Shown here: piece by piece, positions 18,741 through 28,284 of the stretch
Layout of the letters: the number at the start of each line of letters is the position of its first letter
How positions within the stretch are numbered: the stretch's first letter is position 1
Assembly (NCBI GenBank): GCA_965237905.1
Contig: OZ250172.1
Coordinates: forward strand, 1,792,001 to 1,856,000
Length of the DNA: 64,000 bases
Source: Nitrospinaceae bacterium
GTDB lineage: Bacteria > Nitrospinota > Nitrospinia > Nitrospinales > Nitrospinaceae
Reading direction: 5' to 3'
Program-made: the position numbers and the translations under genes
Notes under the pieces: model-generated
The model's database searches: none
What the model saw: the letters and a program-made list of their open reading frames with translations, nothing else
What the model was told of the DNA's origin: nothing

Positions 18741-20165
18741 ATGAAAACAACCGTTTATCAGGAAAAAAGTTTTCGCGAAAACGTCAATCTCGTATTTGAT
18801 ATCGCGGCCGCCACCCTTGAAATCAACGATGGCTTGGCATACGTCCTTAAAGGAGCCTACAACGTTTACCAGGTTCGCTTCCCCGTCAAAATCAACGGCA
18901 AGGTCGAAAGTTTTATCGGCTGGCGCGCTGTCCACAGCGAGCATAAGCTCCCCACCAAAGGCGGCATTCGTTATTCTCCCCTGGTGACCCAGGATGAAGT
19001 GGAAGCCTTGGCCGCGCTCATGTCCTACAAATGCGCGTTGGTCGACGTCCCGTTCGGCGGAGCCAAGGGTGGGTTGGTGGTCGATCCCAAGAAATATGAC
19101 GATGCCGTCATGGAGCGCGTCACCCGGCGTTTTGCCTTTGAGTTGATCAAAAAAGATTACATCAATCCCGCCACCAGCGTGCCCGCGCCGGACATGGGCA
19201 CCGGTCCCCGCGAAATGGCCTGGATCGCCGACACTTACATGCAGCACCGCTCGGAAGACATCAACGGTCTCGGCTGTGTCACTGGTAAGCCCGTCAGCCT
19301 GGGGGGCATTCCCGGACGCACCGAAGCGACCGGGCGCGGTGTGGTTTATGGCATCCGCGAATTCTTCCGTCACCCGGAAGATACAAAGAAAGCCGGTTTC
19401 GAAGGCACGCTCGAAGGCAAAACTGTGATCATCCAGGGACTGGGCAACGTCGGCTACCACACTGCCAAAATTCTCGAATCTGAAGACGGCGCAAAAATCA
19501 TCGGCGTCATCGAACACGACGGCGCGTTGATGGACCGCAACGGCCTCAGCGTGGAAGAAGTAAACACCTATAATAAGAAACACGGCGGAGTGAAAGGCTA
19601 TCCCGACGCTCAGTATTTTGAGAATGGCGACGCGATTCTGGAAGAAGAATGCGATCTTCTGATACCGGCGGCGATGGAAGGGGTTATCCATATGGAAAAC
19701 GCCCCGCGTATCAAAGCGAAACTGATCGCCGAGGCAGCCAACGGACCCGTCACTTTCGGCGCCGACGCCATTTTAAGGCAAAAGGGTGTGGTGATGATTC
19801 CCGATATCTATCTCAACGCGGGCGGGGTGATCGTCTCGTATTTCGAATGGATCAAGAATCTGTCGCACATCCGCTTCGGCCGTCTTACCCGCCGCCATGA
19901 GGTCAGCCAGAACGATCTTCTGCTCAAGGCCATCGAATCCAACGGCCATAAAATCCCGACTGAACTTGCCGAGAAACTGTGTCATGGCCCGAACGAGTTG
20001 GATCTGGTCCGCTCCGGCCTGGACGACACCATGCGGACGGCCTTCCAGCAGATCCGCGACCGTTACTGGTCCCACGACAAAATTGAGTCCTACCGCATCG
20101 CCGCCATGGCCATCGCCATTGAAAAAATCGCCCTCAGCTTCCAGGAACGCGGCGTGTATCCTTAA
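18741..20165 (+). CDS. gdhA: glutamate dehydrogenase (Glu/Leu/Phe/Val dehydrogenase family)
   Basis: KGGIRY, PFGGAKGG, VPAPDMGT, QGLGNVG and EAANGP. Confidence 0.93.
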   Translation: MKTTVYQEKSFRENVNLVFDIAAATLEINDGLAYVLKGAYNVYQVRFPVKINGKVESFIGWRAVHSEHKLPTKGGIRYSPLVTQDEVEALAALMSYKCALVDVPFGGAKGGLVVDPKKYDDAVMERVTRRFAFELIKKDYINPATSVPAPDMGTGPREMAWIADTYMQHRSEDINGLGCVTGKPVSLGGIPGRTEATGRGVVYGIREFFRHPEDTKKAGFEGTLEGKTVIIQGLGNVGYHTAKILESEDGAKIIGVIEHDGALMDRNGLSVEEVNTYNKKHGGVKGYPDAQYFENGDAILEEECDLLIPAAMEGVIHMENAPRIKAKLIAEAANGPVTFGADAILRQKGVVMIPDIYLNAGGVIVSYFEWIKNLSHIRFGRLTRRHEVSQNDLLLKAIESNGHKIPTELAEKLCHGPNELDLVRSGLDDTMRTAFQQIRDRYWSHDKIESYRIAAMAIAIEKIALSFQERGVYP

Positions 20166-20268
20166 GCCTTGGGTAAGCACCATTTTCCTCCCCTCCAAAA
20201 AGCTTCAAGGCCCGGCTCAATAGTGATATAGTAACGTCAGAAACCCTTGTCCTATCCTCGAGTCGATC

Positions 20269-21363
20269 ATGTCCAGCCCAACCGGAAAAACATCGCAATA
20301 TGAAGCCAGCGGCGTCAGCCAGAGCGGCGCGGAATCCGCGCTGGACGGCATACTCAAACACATTCTGCCGACCCGCAAGTTCAGTGAACGCTATCCACTG
20401 AAAGCCGATATCGGTTACTTCGCCAACGTCATCGACCTGGGCAACGGCGAGGGCATCGCCTTCTGCACCGACGGCGTGGGCACCAAGGTGATCGTCGCGG
20501 AGTTGATGAACCAGTACGACACCCTTGGCATCGACTGCATCGCGATGAACGTCAATGATCTCATCTGCGTCGGCGCGCGGCCGGTGAGTATGGTGGACTA
20601 CATCGGCTGTTCGCACACCGACCCGAAAGTGTTCGAGGAATTGGGACGCGGCCTCGCCGAAGGGGCGAAACAGGCGCAGATCAGCATTTCCGGCGGGGAG
20701 ATTTCGCAGGTGAAAGAAATCATCAACGGCATCGATCTCATCGGCGCCGCCATCGGCCATGTGAAACTCGATCAAATCAATACCGGACAGAATATAAAAC
20801 CCGGCAACTTGATCCTGGGACTCGCCGCCAGTGGGGTGCATTCCAACGGCTTGACCCTGGCGCGTAAAGTTCTATTGGGCGAAACGTTGGAGGAGCAAAA
20901 GGAAAAGATTAACCAATATGAAGAATCGCTGGGCCGTACGCTCGGCGCGGAATTGCTGGAGCCGACAAAAATTTACGTCCAGCCGGTAATGAAAATGCTG
21001 GAGGCAGGCATCGATATCCGTGCCATGATTCACATCACAGGCGGCGGACTCACCAACCTCACCCGCGTGCAAACCAACAATATCCGTTTTGTGATCGACC
21101 CCCTACCTGACCTGCTACCCGTGTACGAGTTGATTCAGGAAGCGGGCGGGATCAGCGATGCGGAGATGTACGAAGTGTTCAACATGGGCACCGGCTTCTG
21201 CGTGATCGTCGACCACGCCAACGACGCCGATCAAGTTCACTCCATCTGCAAAGAATATGGCATCTCCTGCCACGGCATCGGCCAGGTGGAACCCTGGACC
21301 GGTAAAGAAGTGTTCATCCCCTCCAAAAACCTCAAAAGCTCCGGTTCGGGGTTTATCTCATAA
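20269..21363 (+). CDS. purM: phosphoribosylformylglycinamidine cyclo-ligase
   Basis: TDGVGTK, AMNVNDL, SGVHSNG, HITGGG and FNMG. Confidence 0.95.
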   Translation: MSSPTGKTSQYEASGVSQSGAESALDGILKHILPTRKFSERYPLKADIGYFANVIDLGNGEGIAFCTDGVGTKVIVAELMNQYDTLGIDCIAMNVNDLICVGARPVSMVDYIGCSHTDPKVFEELGRGLAEGAKQAQISISGGEISQVKEIINGIDLIGAAIGHVKLDQINTGQNIKPGNLILGLAASGVHSNGLTLARKVLLGETLEEQKEKINQYEESLGRTLGAELLEPTKIYVQPVMKMLEAGIDIRAMIHITGGGLTNLTRVQTNNIRFVIDPLPDLLPVYELIQEAGGISDAEMYEVFNMGTGFCVIVDHANDADQVHSICKEYGISCHGIGQVEPWTGKEVFIPSKNLKSSGSGFIS

Positions 21364-21446
21364 ATATTTTATTGCCCTGAATCCATCGAAGGATAACAGG
21401 GACGGCTCGTTCCGGCTTTGAAGGCCCTTATGAATTTTGGGGTCGA

Positions 21447-22667
21447 TCATTCGGGGTGAATGTCGGTGAATTCTGGAGGTTCCGTCGGGTTACTTCTTCT
21501 TTCTTTATTTTTTTCTGGAAGCATAATGATAAACGAGGTGCCTTTGCCAGGTTGGCTGACCACGTGAATGGATCCACCATGACGATCCACGATTTTTTTG
21601 CAGATGGCGAGTCCCATACCCGTGCCTTCAAATTGAGTGCCGCTACTGGTTCTTTCAAAGGGATGAAAGACCAGGTTGATCTGGTGGTCCTCAATGCCGA
21701 TGCCGTTGTCCTTGACTATGATTTCCCAGAACCCGTCACGCAACGGGCGGCTGGTGATCTCCACTACCGGTGAGACGCCTTTCTGATGATATTTGAGGGC
21801 GTTGCTGATCAAGTTTTGAACCATCTGTCGCATCTGTGTGGGGTCCGCTTCCAACGTTGGTAATTTTTTGTCGATTTTCAATTGGGCCTTCGAATGGGTG
21901 ATCCGGGCTTCCAGATCATCAATCACTTCCAGAGTCAGTGTGTGCAGGTTCACGGGCTGGAATGACTGGGCACTGGAAGAAACGCTGGCCAGTTTTAACA
22001 GAGCCTCAATAAAGCCCTGCATTCGACGTGCAGATTTTCGCAGGCGATCCAGGTAATCCCGGTTTTTGGTTTCCTCTTTAGGAACATGTTCTTCCAGCCG
22101 GTCGCCGAACATTACGATCTTGCGTAAAGGTTCCTGCAGATCATGCGAGGCGACGGCGGCAAAATCCATCAGCTCCTGGTTGCTTCGTTTTAACTCCTGG
22201 GTTCTTTCCTCGACCCGTTCTTCCAGACGGATGCTGTAGTTTCGCAACTGGCGGTTGGAGATGCTTAACAATTCGCGTTCGTGGTCCAGATCTTCACGGA
22301 GCCGTTCGGTGTGTTTCAACTCGAGCTGCAATTTTTCGGACAAGGTGCCGATCAGCCATGCCGCCAGGATCAGAAATCCTCCCCATACTGTAAGATTGAG
22401 GTTGGCCTGGAAGGAACTGCTGACGGTGTAATATTCCTTTTGGTCCGCCAGGATGAATATCCAGACGATAAGGATGGCAAAAAACGCACCCAGGACGGCA
22501 AACCGCTTGCCGATGTAGTATCCCGCCAGCACGATCAGAAGGTAAAAGAAATCCAGAAAGGCGATTTTGGTGTAGACAAAGTAATTGACGAAAATCGCTC
22601 CCGCCAATATGGAAAGGACAATGGCATCTTGGCCATGTTTCAGTAGATATTTTTTCAGAGAGTCCAC
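21447..22667 (-). CDS. membrane sensor histidine kinase (HisKA + HATPase)
   Basis: ASHDLQEPLRKI, NLISNALKY, DNGIGI and GTGMGLAIC; N-terminal TM module shared with two other genes. Confidence 0.92.
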   Translation of the reverse strand: MDSLKKYLLKHGQDAIVLSILAGAIFVNYFVYTKIAFLDFFYLLIVLAGYYIGKRFAVLGAFFAILIVWIFILADQKEYYTVSSSFQANLNLTVWGGFLILAAWLIGTLSEKLQLELKHTERLREDLDHERELLSISNRQLRNYSIRLEERVEERTQELKRSNQELMDFAAVASHDLQEPLRKIVMFGDRLEEHVPKEETKNRDYLDRLRKSARRMQGFIEALLKLASVSSSAQSFQPVNLHTLTLEVIDDLEARITHSKAQLKIDKKLPTLEADPTQMRQMVQNLISNALKYHQKGVSPVVEITSRPLRDGFWEIIVKDNGIGIEDHQINLVFHPFERTSSGTQFEGTGMGLAICKKIVDRHGGSIHVVSQPGKGTSFIIMLPEKNKERRSNPTEPPEFTDIHPE

Positions 22668-22889
22668 TTGATTACATTAGAATTGATTGTAAAAAATAGT
22701 ATAAGGTATAAGTCCCTAATAAGAATGACTTTTCAGGGTTTTTCAGGAATATATTGAATCAGCTTATACCTTAATTTGGGAGAGGGAATTGAAAGGAATT
22801 GAAAAATCAGCTTTTAGGGGGAAACTGGACGAGGAAGAGGGTGGCTCTTGTTATGGGCGTGGTTGGATCAGGGCCTGAGAGGATCCACT

Positions 22890-23360
22890 TCAGGTTCTTA
22901 AGACGCGCTTTAACTCTTCTTCCAATTGGAGGTTACGTTCATTCAAGCGTTGGTAGGATAATTCCAGTTCCTTGCGGAGCCGGTTGCTTTCTTCCAGCTC
23001 ATGCTTTCTCTTTTCCGATAGAGTACCGACCAGCCAGGCGGCCAAAATCAAAAACCCTCCCCACACGGTTAGATCCAGATGGGTATTCAATGGGTTGTCG
23101 GGCTCGAGATAAGGGTTTTCGTTCACCAATACAAAAGCCCAAACCATGATGATGGCAAAAAAAGCTCCTAGAATGGCCAGCCGCTTGCCCACGTAGTAAC
23201 CGCCCAGCACGATCAAAAGATAGAACACATCCAGGAAAGCGACTTTGGAATAGATGAAGTAATGAATTGCCGCCGCACTGAGTAACGTGAGGAGGATGAT
23301 AATATCTTCCCAGTGTTTTTCTGTGTGATTTTCAGATTCATCCGGGATGGGATTCGGCAT
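22890..23360 (-). CDS. membrane module plus coiled coil, no output domain
   Basis: Homologous to the N-termini of the kinase and the cyclase (KVAFLDVFYLLIVLGGYY, LTVWGGFLILAAWLVGTLSEK). Confidence 0.8.
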   Translation of the reverse strand: MPNPIPDESENHTEKHWEDIIILLTLLSAAAIHYFIYSKVAFLDVFYLLIVLGGYYVGKRLAILGAFFAIIMVWAFVLVNENPYLEPDNPLNTHLDLTVWGGFLILAAWLVGTLSEKRKHELEESNRLRKELELSYQRLNERNLQLEEELKRVLRT

Positions 23361-23480
23361 ATTCAGTCCACAATTAAAATTGATACGCTTTTTATTATTA
23401 TAAGCCAGCGCTTAAATTTTCTATAACATTTTTTGTAGGTCTTTGTTTCAAAAAAATTCGGTTCGGAAGAGAGAACAATT

Positions 23481-24839
23481 TTATTCAGTAGGAAAAAACT
23501 TGGCGAGGAAGACAATCGCCACGGCTACGGGGGCGATATATCGCACGACGAATTCCCAGTAGGCCGCCCAGTGGAATGTGGTTTCGTGTCGCTCGATTTC
23601 TTTGTGAGCTTCTTTGGTGCCCCACACCCAGCCGACAAAAATGGCGGTTAGCATTCCGCCTATGGGAAGCAGATAATTGGAAGCGAGATTGTCAACGTTG
23701 TCGAAGAAGTTCATGCCAAACAGTTTAAAATCCTTAAGCAGACCGGCCGACAATCCAGAGGGAATACCAATCACAAAAATCACCAGTCCCATTGTGAGGA
23801 CGGATTTTTTGCGCCCCCAACCTTTCTGGTCAATAAAATAAGCCACCACCACTTCCAGCAGGGAAATGGCCGAGGTCAACGCGGCAATGGCCAACAACGC
23901 GAAAAATATGATGGACACCACCCATCCGAAAGGCATGCCGGTGAACACAGCCGGGAGCACGCTGAACACCAGGCCGGGACCTTCGGTCGGTTCCAGCCCC
24001 ATGGCGAACACGGCGGGGAAGATCACCAGGCCCACCAACAGGGCGATCAGGGTATCGAATAAAACCACGTAGAGGGTCGCGGAAGTCAGGTTCTCTTTGG
24101 CGGGCAGGTAGCTTCCGTAAGTGATCATGGCACCCATGCCGAGACTGAGCGAGAAAAACGCCTGGCCCATTGCCAGCAAAACCGCATGGCCGCTCAGTTT
24201 GCTGAAGTCGGGATACAGGTAAAATTTGAGTCCTTCCATGGCACCGTCCAGCGTCAACGCCCGAATCATGAGAATCACCAGCATCACCACCAGTGTCGGC
24301 ATCAGAATATCGCAGGCTTTTTCGATACCGCCATGCACACCTTTGATGACAATGGCAATGGTTAACCCCATGAACACTGCATGGTAGAACATCACCTCAC
24401 CGGTGTTGGCGATGAAGCCTGCGAAGAATTTTCCCGCCTCGGCGGGGTCGGTGAACTGGTCCAGCGAATGCGTCAGGGCTTTGACCATGTAAGCGATCGT
24501 CCATCCCCCGACCACCCCGTAAAAAGACAGAATCAGGAAGCCCGCGAGCACTCCCATAAATCCGATCCCCACCCAGGGTGTGCTGGGCTTGAGTTGTCGG
24601 AAAGCGCCAACGGGATTGAGGCTGGTTTTGCGTCCAACGGTAAACTCGGCCAGCATGATGGGCAAGCCCACCACGGCGATGCAGATCAGATAAACCAGAA
24701 CAAACGCGCCACCGCCGTTTTGTCCGGTGATGTAGGGAAATCTCCAGATGTTGCCCAGGCCGACGGCGGAACCGGATGCGGCCATAATGAAACCCATTCG
24801 GGTGGCCCAGAGTCCTCGTTTGTGGTTCGGTTCAGTCAT
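23481..24839 (-). CDS. sodium-dependent transporter (NSS/SNF family)
   Basis: GSAVGLGNIWRFPY, NGGGAF and QAFFSLSLG. Confidence 0.95.
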   Translation of the reverse strand: MTEPNHKRGLWATRMGFIMAASGSAVGLGNIWRFPYITGQNGGGAFVLVYLICIAVVGLPIMLAEFTVGRKTSLNPVGAFRQLKPSTPWVGIGFMGVLAGFLILSFYGVVGGWTIAYMVKALTHSLDQFTDPAEAGKFFAGFIANTGEVMFYHAVFMGLTIAIVIKGVHGGIEKACDILMPTLVVMLVILMIRALTLDGAMEGLKFYLYPDFSKLSGHAVLLAMGQAFFSLSLGMGAMITYGSYLPAKENLTSATLYVVLFDTLIALLVGLVIFPAVFAMGLEPTEGPGLVFSVLPAVFTGMPFGWVVSIIFFALLAIAALTSAISLLEVVVAYFIDQKGWGRKKSVLTMGLVIFVIGIPSGLSAGLLKDFKLFGMNFFDNVDNLASNYLLPIGGMLTAIFVGWVWGTKEAHKEIERHETTFHWAAYWEFVVRYIAPVAVAIVFLAKFFPTE

Positions 24840-24926
24840 GGAGATTTAGTATACCGGCCTACGCGATTGGGGGCAAGATATTGAAAGATAGGTTATTCAG
24901 TGGGCAACCAGCGTGACGCTCGCCAG

Positions 24927-25021
24927 GCAACGCCCGGAGGAAATTTTATAGGGTGTCAGGGCCAAATTGAAGGGTGACTTTCGCCAGTAGAGGTTTTAAA
25001 TTACCTGCGGAGGTACTCCGC
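24927..25021 (-). repeat. inverted diverged copy of the ~94-bp element
   Basis: Minus strand reads GCGGAGTACCTCCGCAGGTAATTTAAAAC, with CCTCCGGG about 80 nt further on, as in the array unit. Confidence 0.6.
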
Positions 25022-25077
25022 TATAATCAAAACAGCCGAATGATTCATAGGCAGGAACTGCCGGAGGAAAAGTTGAC

Positions 25078-26910
25078 GTGAACCCGAAAGACCGTCTGAA
25101 AGAAATTCTCGAGCCCATACCCAAACTTCCCGGAATATATATCATGAAAGACGGGAAGGGGGAAATGCTTTATATCGGGAAGGCCAAGTCGCTGTTCCAT
25201 CGCGTGCGGTCGTATTTTTCCGATGCGGCGGACCAGGCCCCGCGCACGCGCATCTTCGTGCGTAAGGTAAAGGACATCAAGTTCCTCACCACGAAGACCG
25301 AGCAGGAAGCGCTCATCCTCGAAAGCAATTTCATCAAGAAGCACCAGCCGCGCTACAACGTCCTGTTGAAGGACGACAAGCATTATCCCTACATCCGCAT
25401 GACGACGCAGGAAACGTTTCCCCGCCTCGAAGTGGTGCGGCGCGTCAAAAAAGACGGCGCCACTTATTTTGGTCCGTACACCATGGTGCGGGAGGTGCGC
25501 GATACCATCCGCCTCATCTACAAAATTTTTCCGCTGAGACAGAGCAACGACGAACTGGACGGTAATCCCAAGCGCCGTCCCTGCCTCAATTACCAGATGA
25601 AGCGTTGTCTCGCACCGTGCGCCGGGCTGGTGTCGCCGGAGGACTACGCCAAGGTGGTCAACGATGTGGTGCTGTTTCTGAAAGGCAAGAACACCGAGCT
25701 GGTGAAGAGTCTGAAAGAAAAAATGAATGAGGCTTCCACCCATCAGCGTTACGAGGAAGCGGCGGTGTACCGCGACAAGGTTGAAGCGATCAAAACCGTG
25801 GTCGACAAACAGAAAATTATTTCCACGTCGCAGATCGATCAGGACGTCATCGCCTGTACCAGCGACCGCGGTTGGTCGATGGTGCAACTGCTCGCGGTGC
25901 GGGGCGGCAAGATGATCGCCGAGAAAATCTACAAGATGAAAAACCTCAATCAGGAAGACGACAGCGAAACGCTGGCGTCGTTCCTCAAGCAGTATTACGC
26001 CGACGAGCTGGCTCTGCCGTCGGAGATTCTCTTGTCTCATGTCATTGAAGATGCGGAATTGATCGAACAGTGGTTGACCGAAAAAAAGCAAGGCAAGGTG
26101 CATCTCGAAGTACCGCAGAAGGGTAAGAAGCGCGATCTCGTTAAAATGGCGGAGGAGAATGCGCGATTCGCCATGCGCACTGAGTTGGACAAGGAAGACG
26201 TGGCGACCCGGAGCCTGGAAGAACTGCAGGAAACGTTATCGCTCAAAAATTTTCCGCGCGTGATCGAAGGCTTCGATATCTCCAACATTTCCGGCACCAA
26301 CGCGGTGGGCTCGATGGTAGTTTTCGAGAATGCTAAATCTGCAAAGGAAAAATACCGCCGTTTCAAAATCAAGACGGTGGCGGGTATTGATGATTACGCG
26401 ATGATCACCGAAGTGATGATCCGCCGCTACGCCCGCCTGCTCGACGAAGGCAAGCCGTTACCCGATTTAATTTTGATCGACGGCGGCAAGGGGCATCTCA
26501 ATACCGGATATAAGGCGCTGGAGAGTCTGGAACTGGAAGGGCGGATCGATCTCGCCTGCATCGCCAAGGGCAAGTTTCGGAGCAATCTCGAAACCGACGA
26601 AGTCTTCCTGGCAGGGAAGAAAGACCCGGTGTGGTTCAAAGAGAATTCGCCGTCGCGGTTTCTGCTTCAGCGCGTGCGCGACGAGGCGCACCGGTTTGCC
26701 ATCGACTACCACCGCAAACTGAGAGGCAAGGGATCGCTGTCCTCCCCGCTGGAAGGCATCCCCGGCATCGGCAAAAAACGCCGGCTCATGCTGCTGAAAG
26801 AATTCGGCAGTATCGAGAACATCAAAAACGCCACACTGGAAGAATTGCAGAAACTCCCCGGCATTACAAAATCTATAGCAGAGAAAGTTATTAAATCAAT
26901 AAGCGTTTGA
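25078..26910 (+). CDS. uvrC: excinuclease ABC subunit C
   Basis: GIY-YIG, LLKDDKHYPY, FDISNISG, LIDGGKG, RDEAHRFA and HhH motifs. Confidence 0.97.
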   Translation: MNPKDRLKEILEPIPKLPGIYIMKDGKGEMLYIGKAKSLFHRVRSYFSDAADQAPRTRIFVRKVKDIKFLTTKTEQEALILESNFIKKHQPRYNVLLKDDKHYPYIRMTTQETFPRLEVVRRVKKDGATYFGPYTMVREVRDTIRLIYKIFPLRQSNDELDGNPKRRPCLNYQMKRCLAPCAGLVSPEDYAKVVNDVVLFLKGKNTELVKSLKEKMNEASTHQRYEEAAVYRDKVEAIKTVVDKQKIISTSQIDQDVIACTSDRGWSMVQLLAVRGGKMIAEKIYKMKNLNQEDDSETLASFLKQYYADELALPSEILLSHVIEDAELIEQWLTEKKQGKVHLEVPQKGKKRDLVKMAEENARFAMRTELDKEDVATRSLEELQETLSLKNFPRVIEGFDISNISGTNAVGSMVVFENAKSAKEKYRRFKIKTVAGIDDYAMITEVMIRRYARLLDEGKPLPDLILIDGGKGHLNTGYKALESLELEGRIDLACIAKGKFRSNLETDEVFLAGKKDPVWFKENSPSRFLLQRVRDEAHRFAIDYHRKLRGKGSLSSPLEGIPGIGKKRRLMLLKEFGSIENIKNATLEELQKLPGITKSIAEKVIKSISV

Positions 26911-27035
26911 ATTTAAAGGATTTAATAATGTTTAGCCCTATTTGACATTTTAATCTGGAAAGAAAATATTTGCAGGAGTATAAAGATAGGCAGTCCAAAT
27001 TATTCCCCGTATCCAATTTAATTAGGTGAACTCAA

Positions 27036-28205
27036 ATGGTAAATAAACCAAAGGCATCCCGAAAACCCAAAGCTGGACCCAAGAAAAGCCCAAAAGCTGC
27101 CCCTATATCAGCCTCAAGAAAATATTTAAGTCAAACGGATGTGCCTGGTGTCTCTTTAGAAAAAGCATTAAAAGTTTCACAGGCTTTAAATGACAATTTT
27201 GCGAAACATCCAACTAAACCCTTAATGATAGCTCAAGCTTTAGATATGTCTCCCACCTCGGGGCCCTTTAGGCAACTATGTGGTGCCGCTATAGCCTATG
27301 GTTTAACCGAAGGAGGCTATAATGCGGACCAAATTTCTCTAACTAACCTAGGCACTAGAATTGTTACTCCAACTGAAGAGGGTGATGATTTGATTGCTAA
27401 AAGGGAGGCCGTTCTAAAGCCGCGAGTTTTAAATGAATTTCTTAAACAATATGATGGTTCTCCTTTGCCAAAAGAAAATATTGCTTTAAATGTTTTAGAG
27501 GAATTTGGTGTTCCGAGAGATAAAACTGATAAAACATACCAATTAATTTTAGAAAGCGCCGAAGCAGTAAAAATAATTACTGAAATAAAGGGAAAGCAAT
27601 ATGTAAATTTAGAGTCTTCTGGAATTTCAACAGCTGAGGACGAGCAGGAAGAGCTTGCTGAAAGTGAAACCGCACAAACGCTTGAGAATCCTCCTGTAGA
27701 GGAAGTCATTAAGGATGAAAATGAAGAAACCATCTCTCAAGATAAACAAAAAAACTTAAAAAGAAAAAAACGAGTGTTTATTACCCATGGAAAGAAAAAG
27801 CATTTTATTGAACCAATTAAAAAGCTGTTAGATTTTGGTGAAATGGAACCCGTGGTTTCTACAGAAAAACAGTCCGTATCTCAACCTGTTCCCGATAAGG
27901 TAATCAATGATATGAGAAGTTGCGGAGCGGCCATAGTTCATGTTGATACGGATTCGATCGGAAAAAAAGAAGACGAAAAAATTAAAATTGTTAATTCCAA
28001 TGTTTTGATTGAGATCGGTGCCGCCATGGCTCTTTATGGTAAAAGATTTATTTTATTAGTAGAAGATGGTGTGGATTTGCCATCCAACCTTCAGGGACTA
28101 TACGAAGTAAGGTATGAAGGGGAAAATTTGGATAGTAATGCTACGATTAAATTACTCGAGGCAATTAAAGATATTAAAAATCATCCATTGCCAGAGGAAA
28201 AATAG
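27036..28205 (+). CDS. TIR-domain protein (CAP12/Pycsar-type TIR) with N-terminal helical, wHTH-like region
   Basis: VFITHG, NVLIEIG and LPSNLQG; clearly AT-richer than its flanks. Confidence 0.82.
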   Translation: MVNKPKASRKPKAGPKKSPKAAPISASRKYLSQTDVPGVSLEKALKVSQALNDNFAKHPTKPLMIAQALDMSPTSGPFRQLCGAAIAYGLTEGGYNADQISLTNLGTRIVTPTEEGDDLIAKREAVLKPRVLNEFLKQYDGSPLPKENIALNVLEEFGVPRDKTDKTYQLILESAEAVKIITEIKGKQYVNLESSGISTAEDEQEELAESETAQTLENPPVEEVIKDENEETISQDKQKNLKRKKRVFITHGKKKHFIEPIKKLLDFGEMEPVVSTEKQSVSQPVPDKVINDMRSCGAAIVHVDTDSIGKKEDEKIKIVNSNVLIEIGAAMALYGKRFILLVEDGVDLPSNLQGLYEVRYEGENLDSNATIKLLEAIKDIKNHPLPEEK

Positions 28206-28284
28206 AGGTTCAGGTTGATGGGAAGATATTTAAGCTCACAGCCAGAGACCCTTCCTACTTAGACACATCTAAAGTTTCTATTTT

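Noticed and set aside
18708..20841. Long antisense ORFs over gdhA and purM
   Set aside because: Codon-bias shadows; antisense ORFs to GDH genes are a familiar annotation artefact.
14364..28205. Pycsar system from the cyclase plus the TIR gene
   Set aside because: They are over 10 kb apart, the cyclase is a membrane ATP-type enzyme, and the TIR lacks a cNMP-binding domain.
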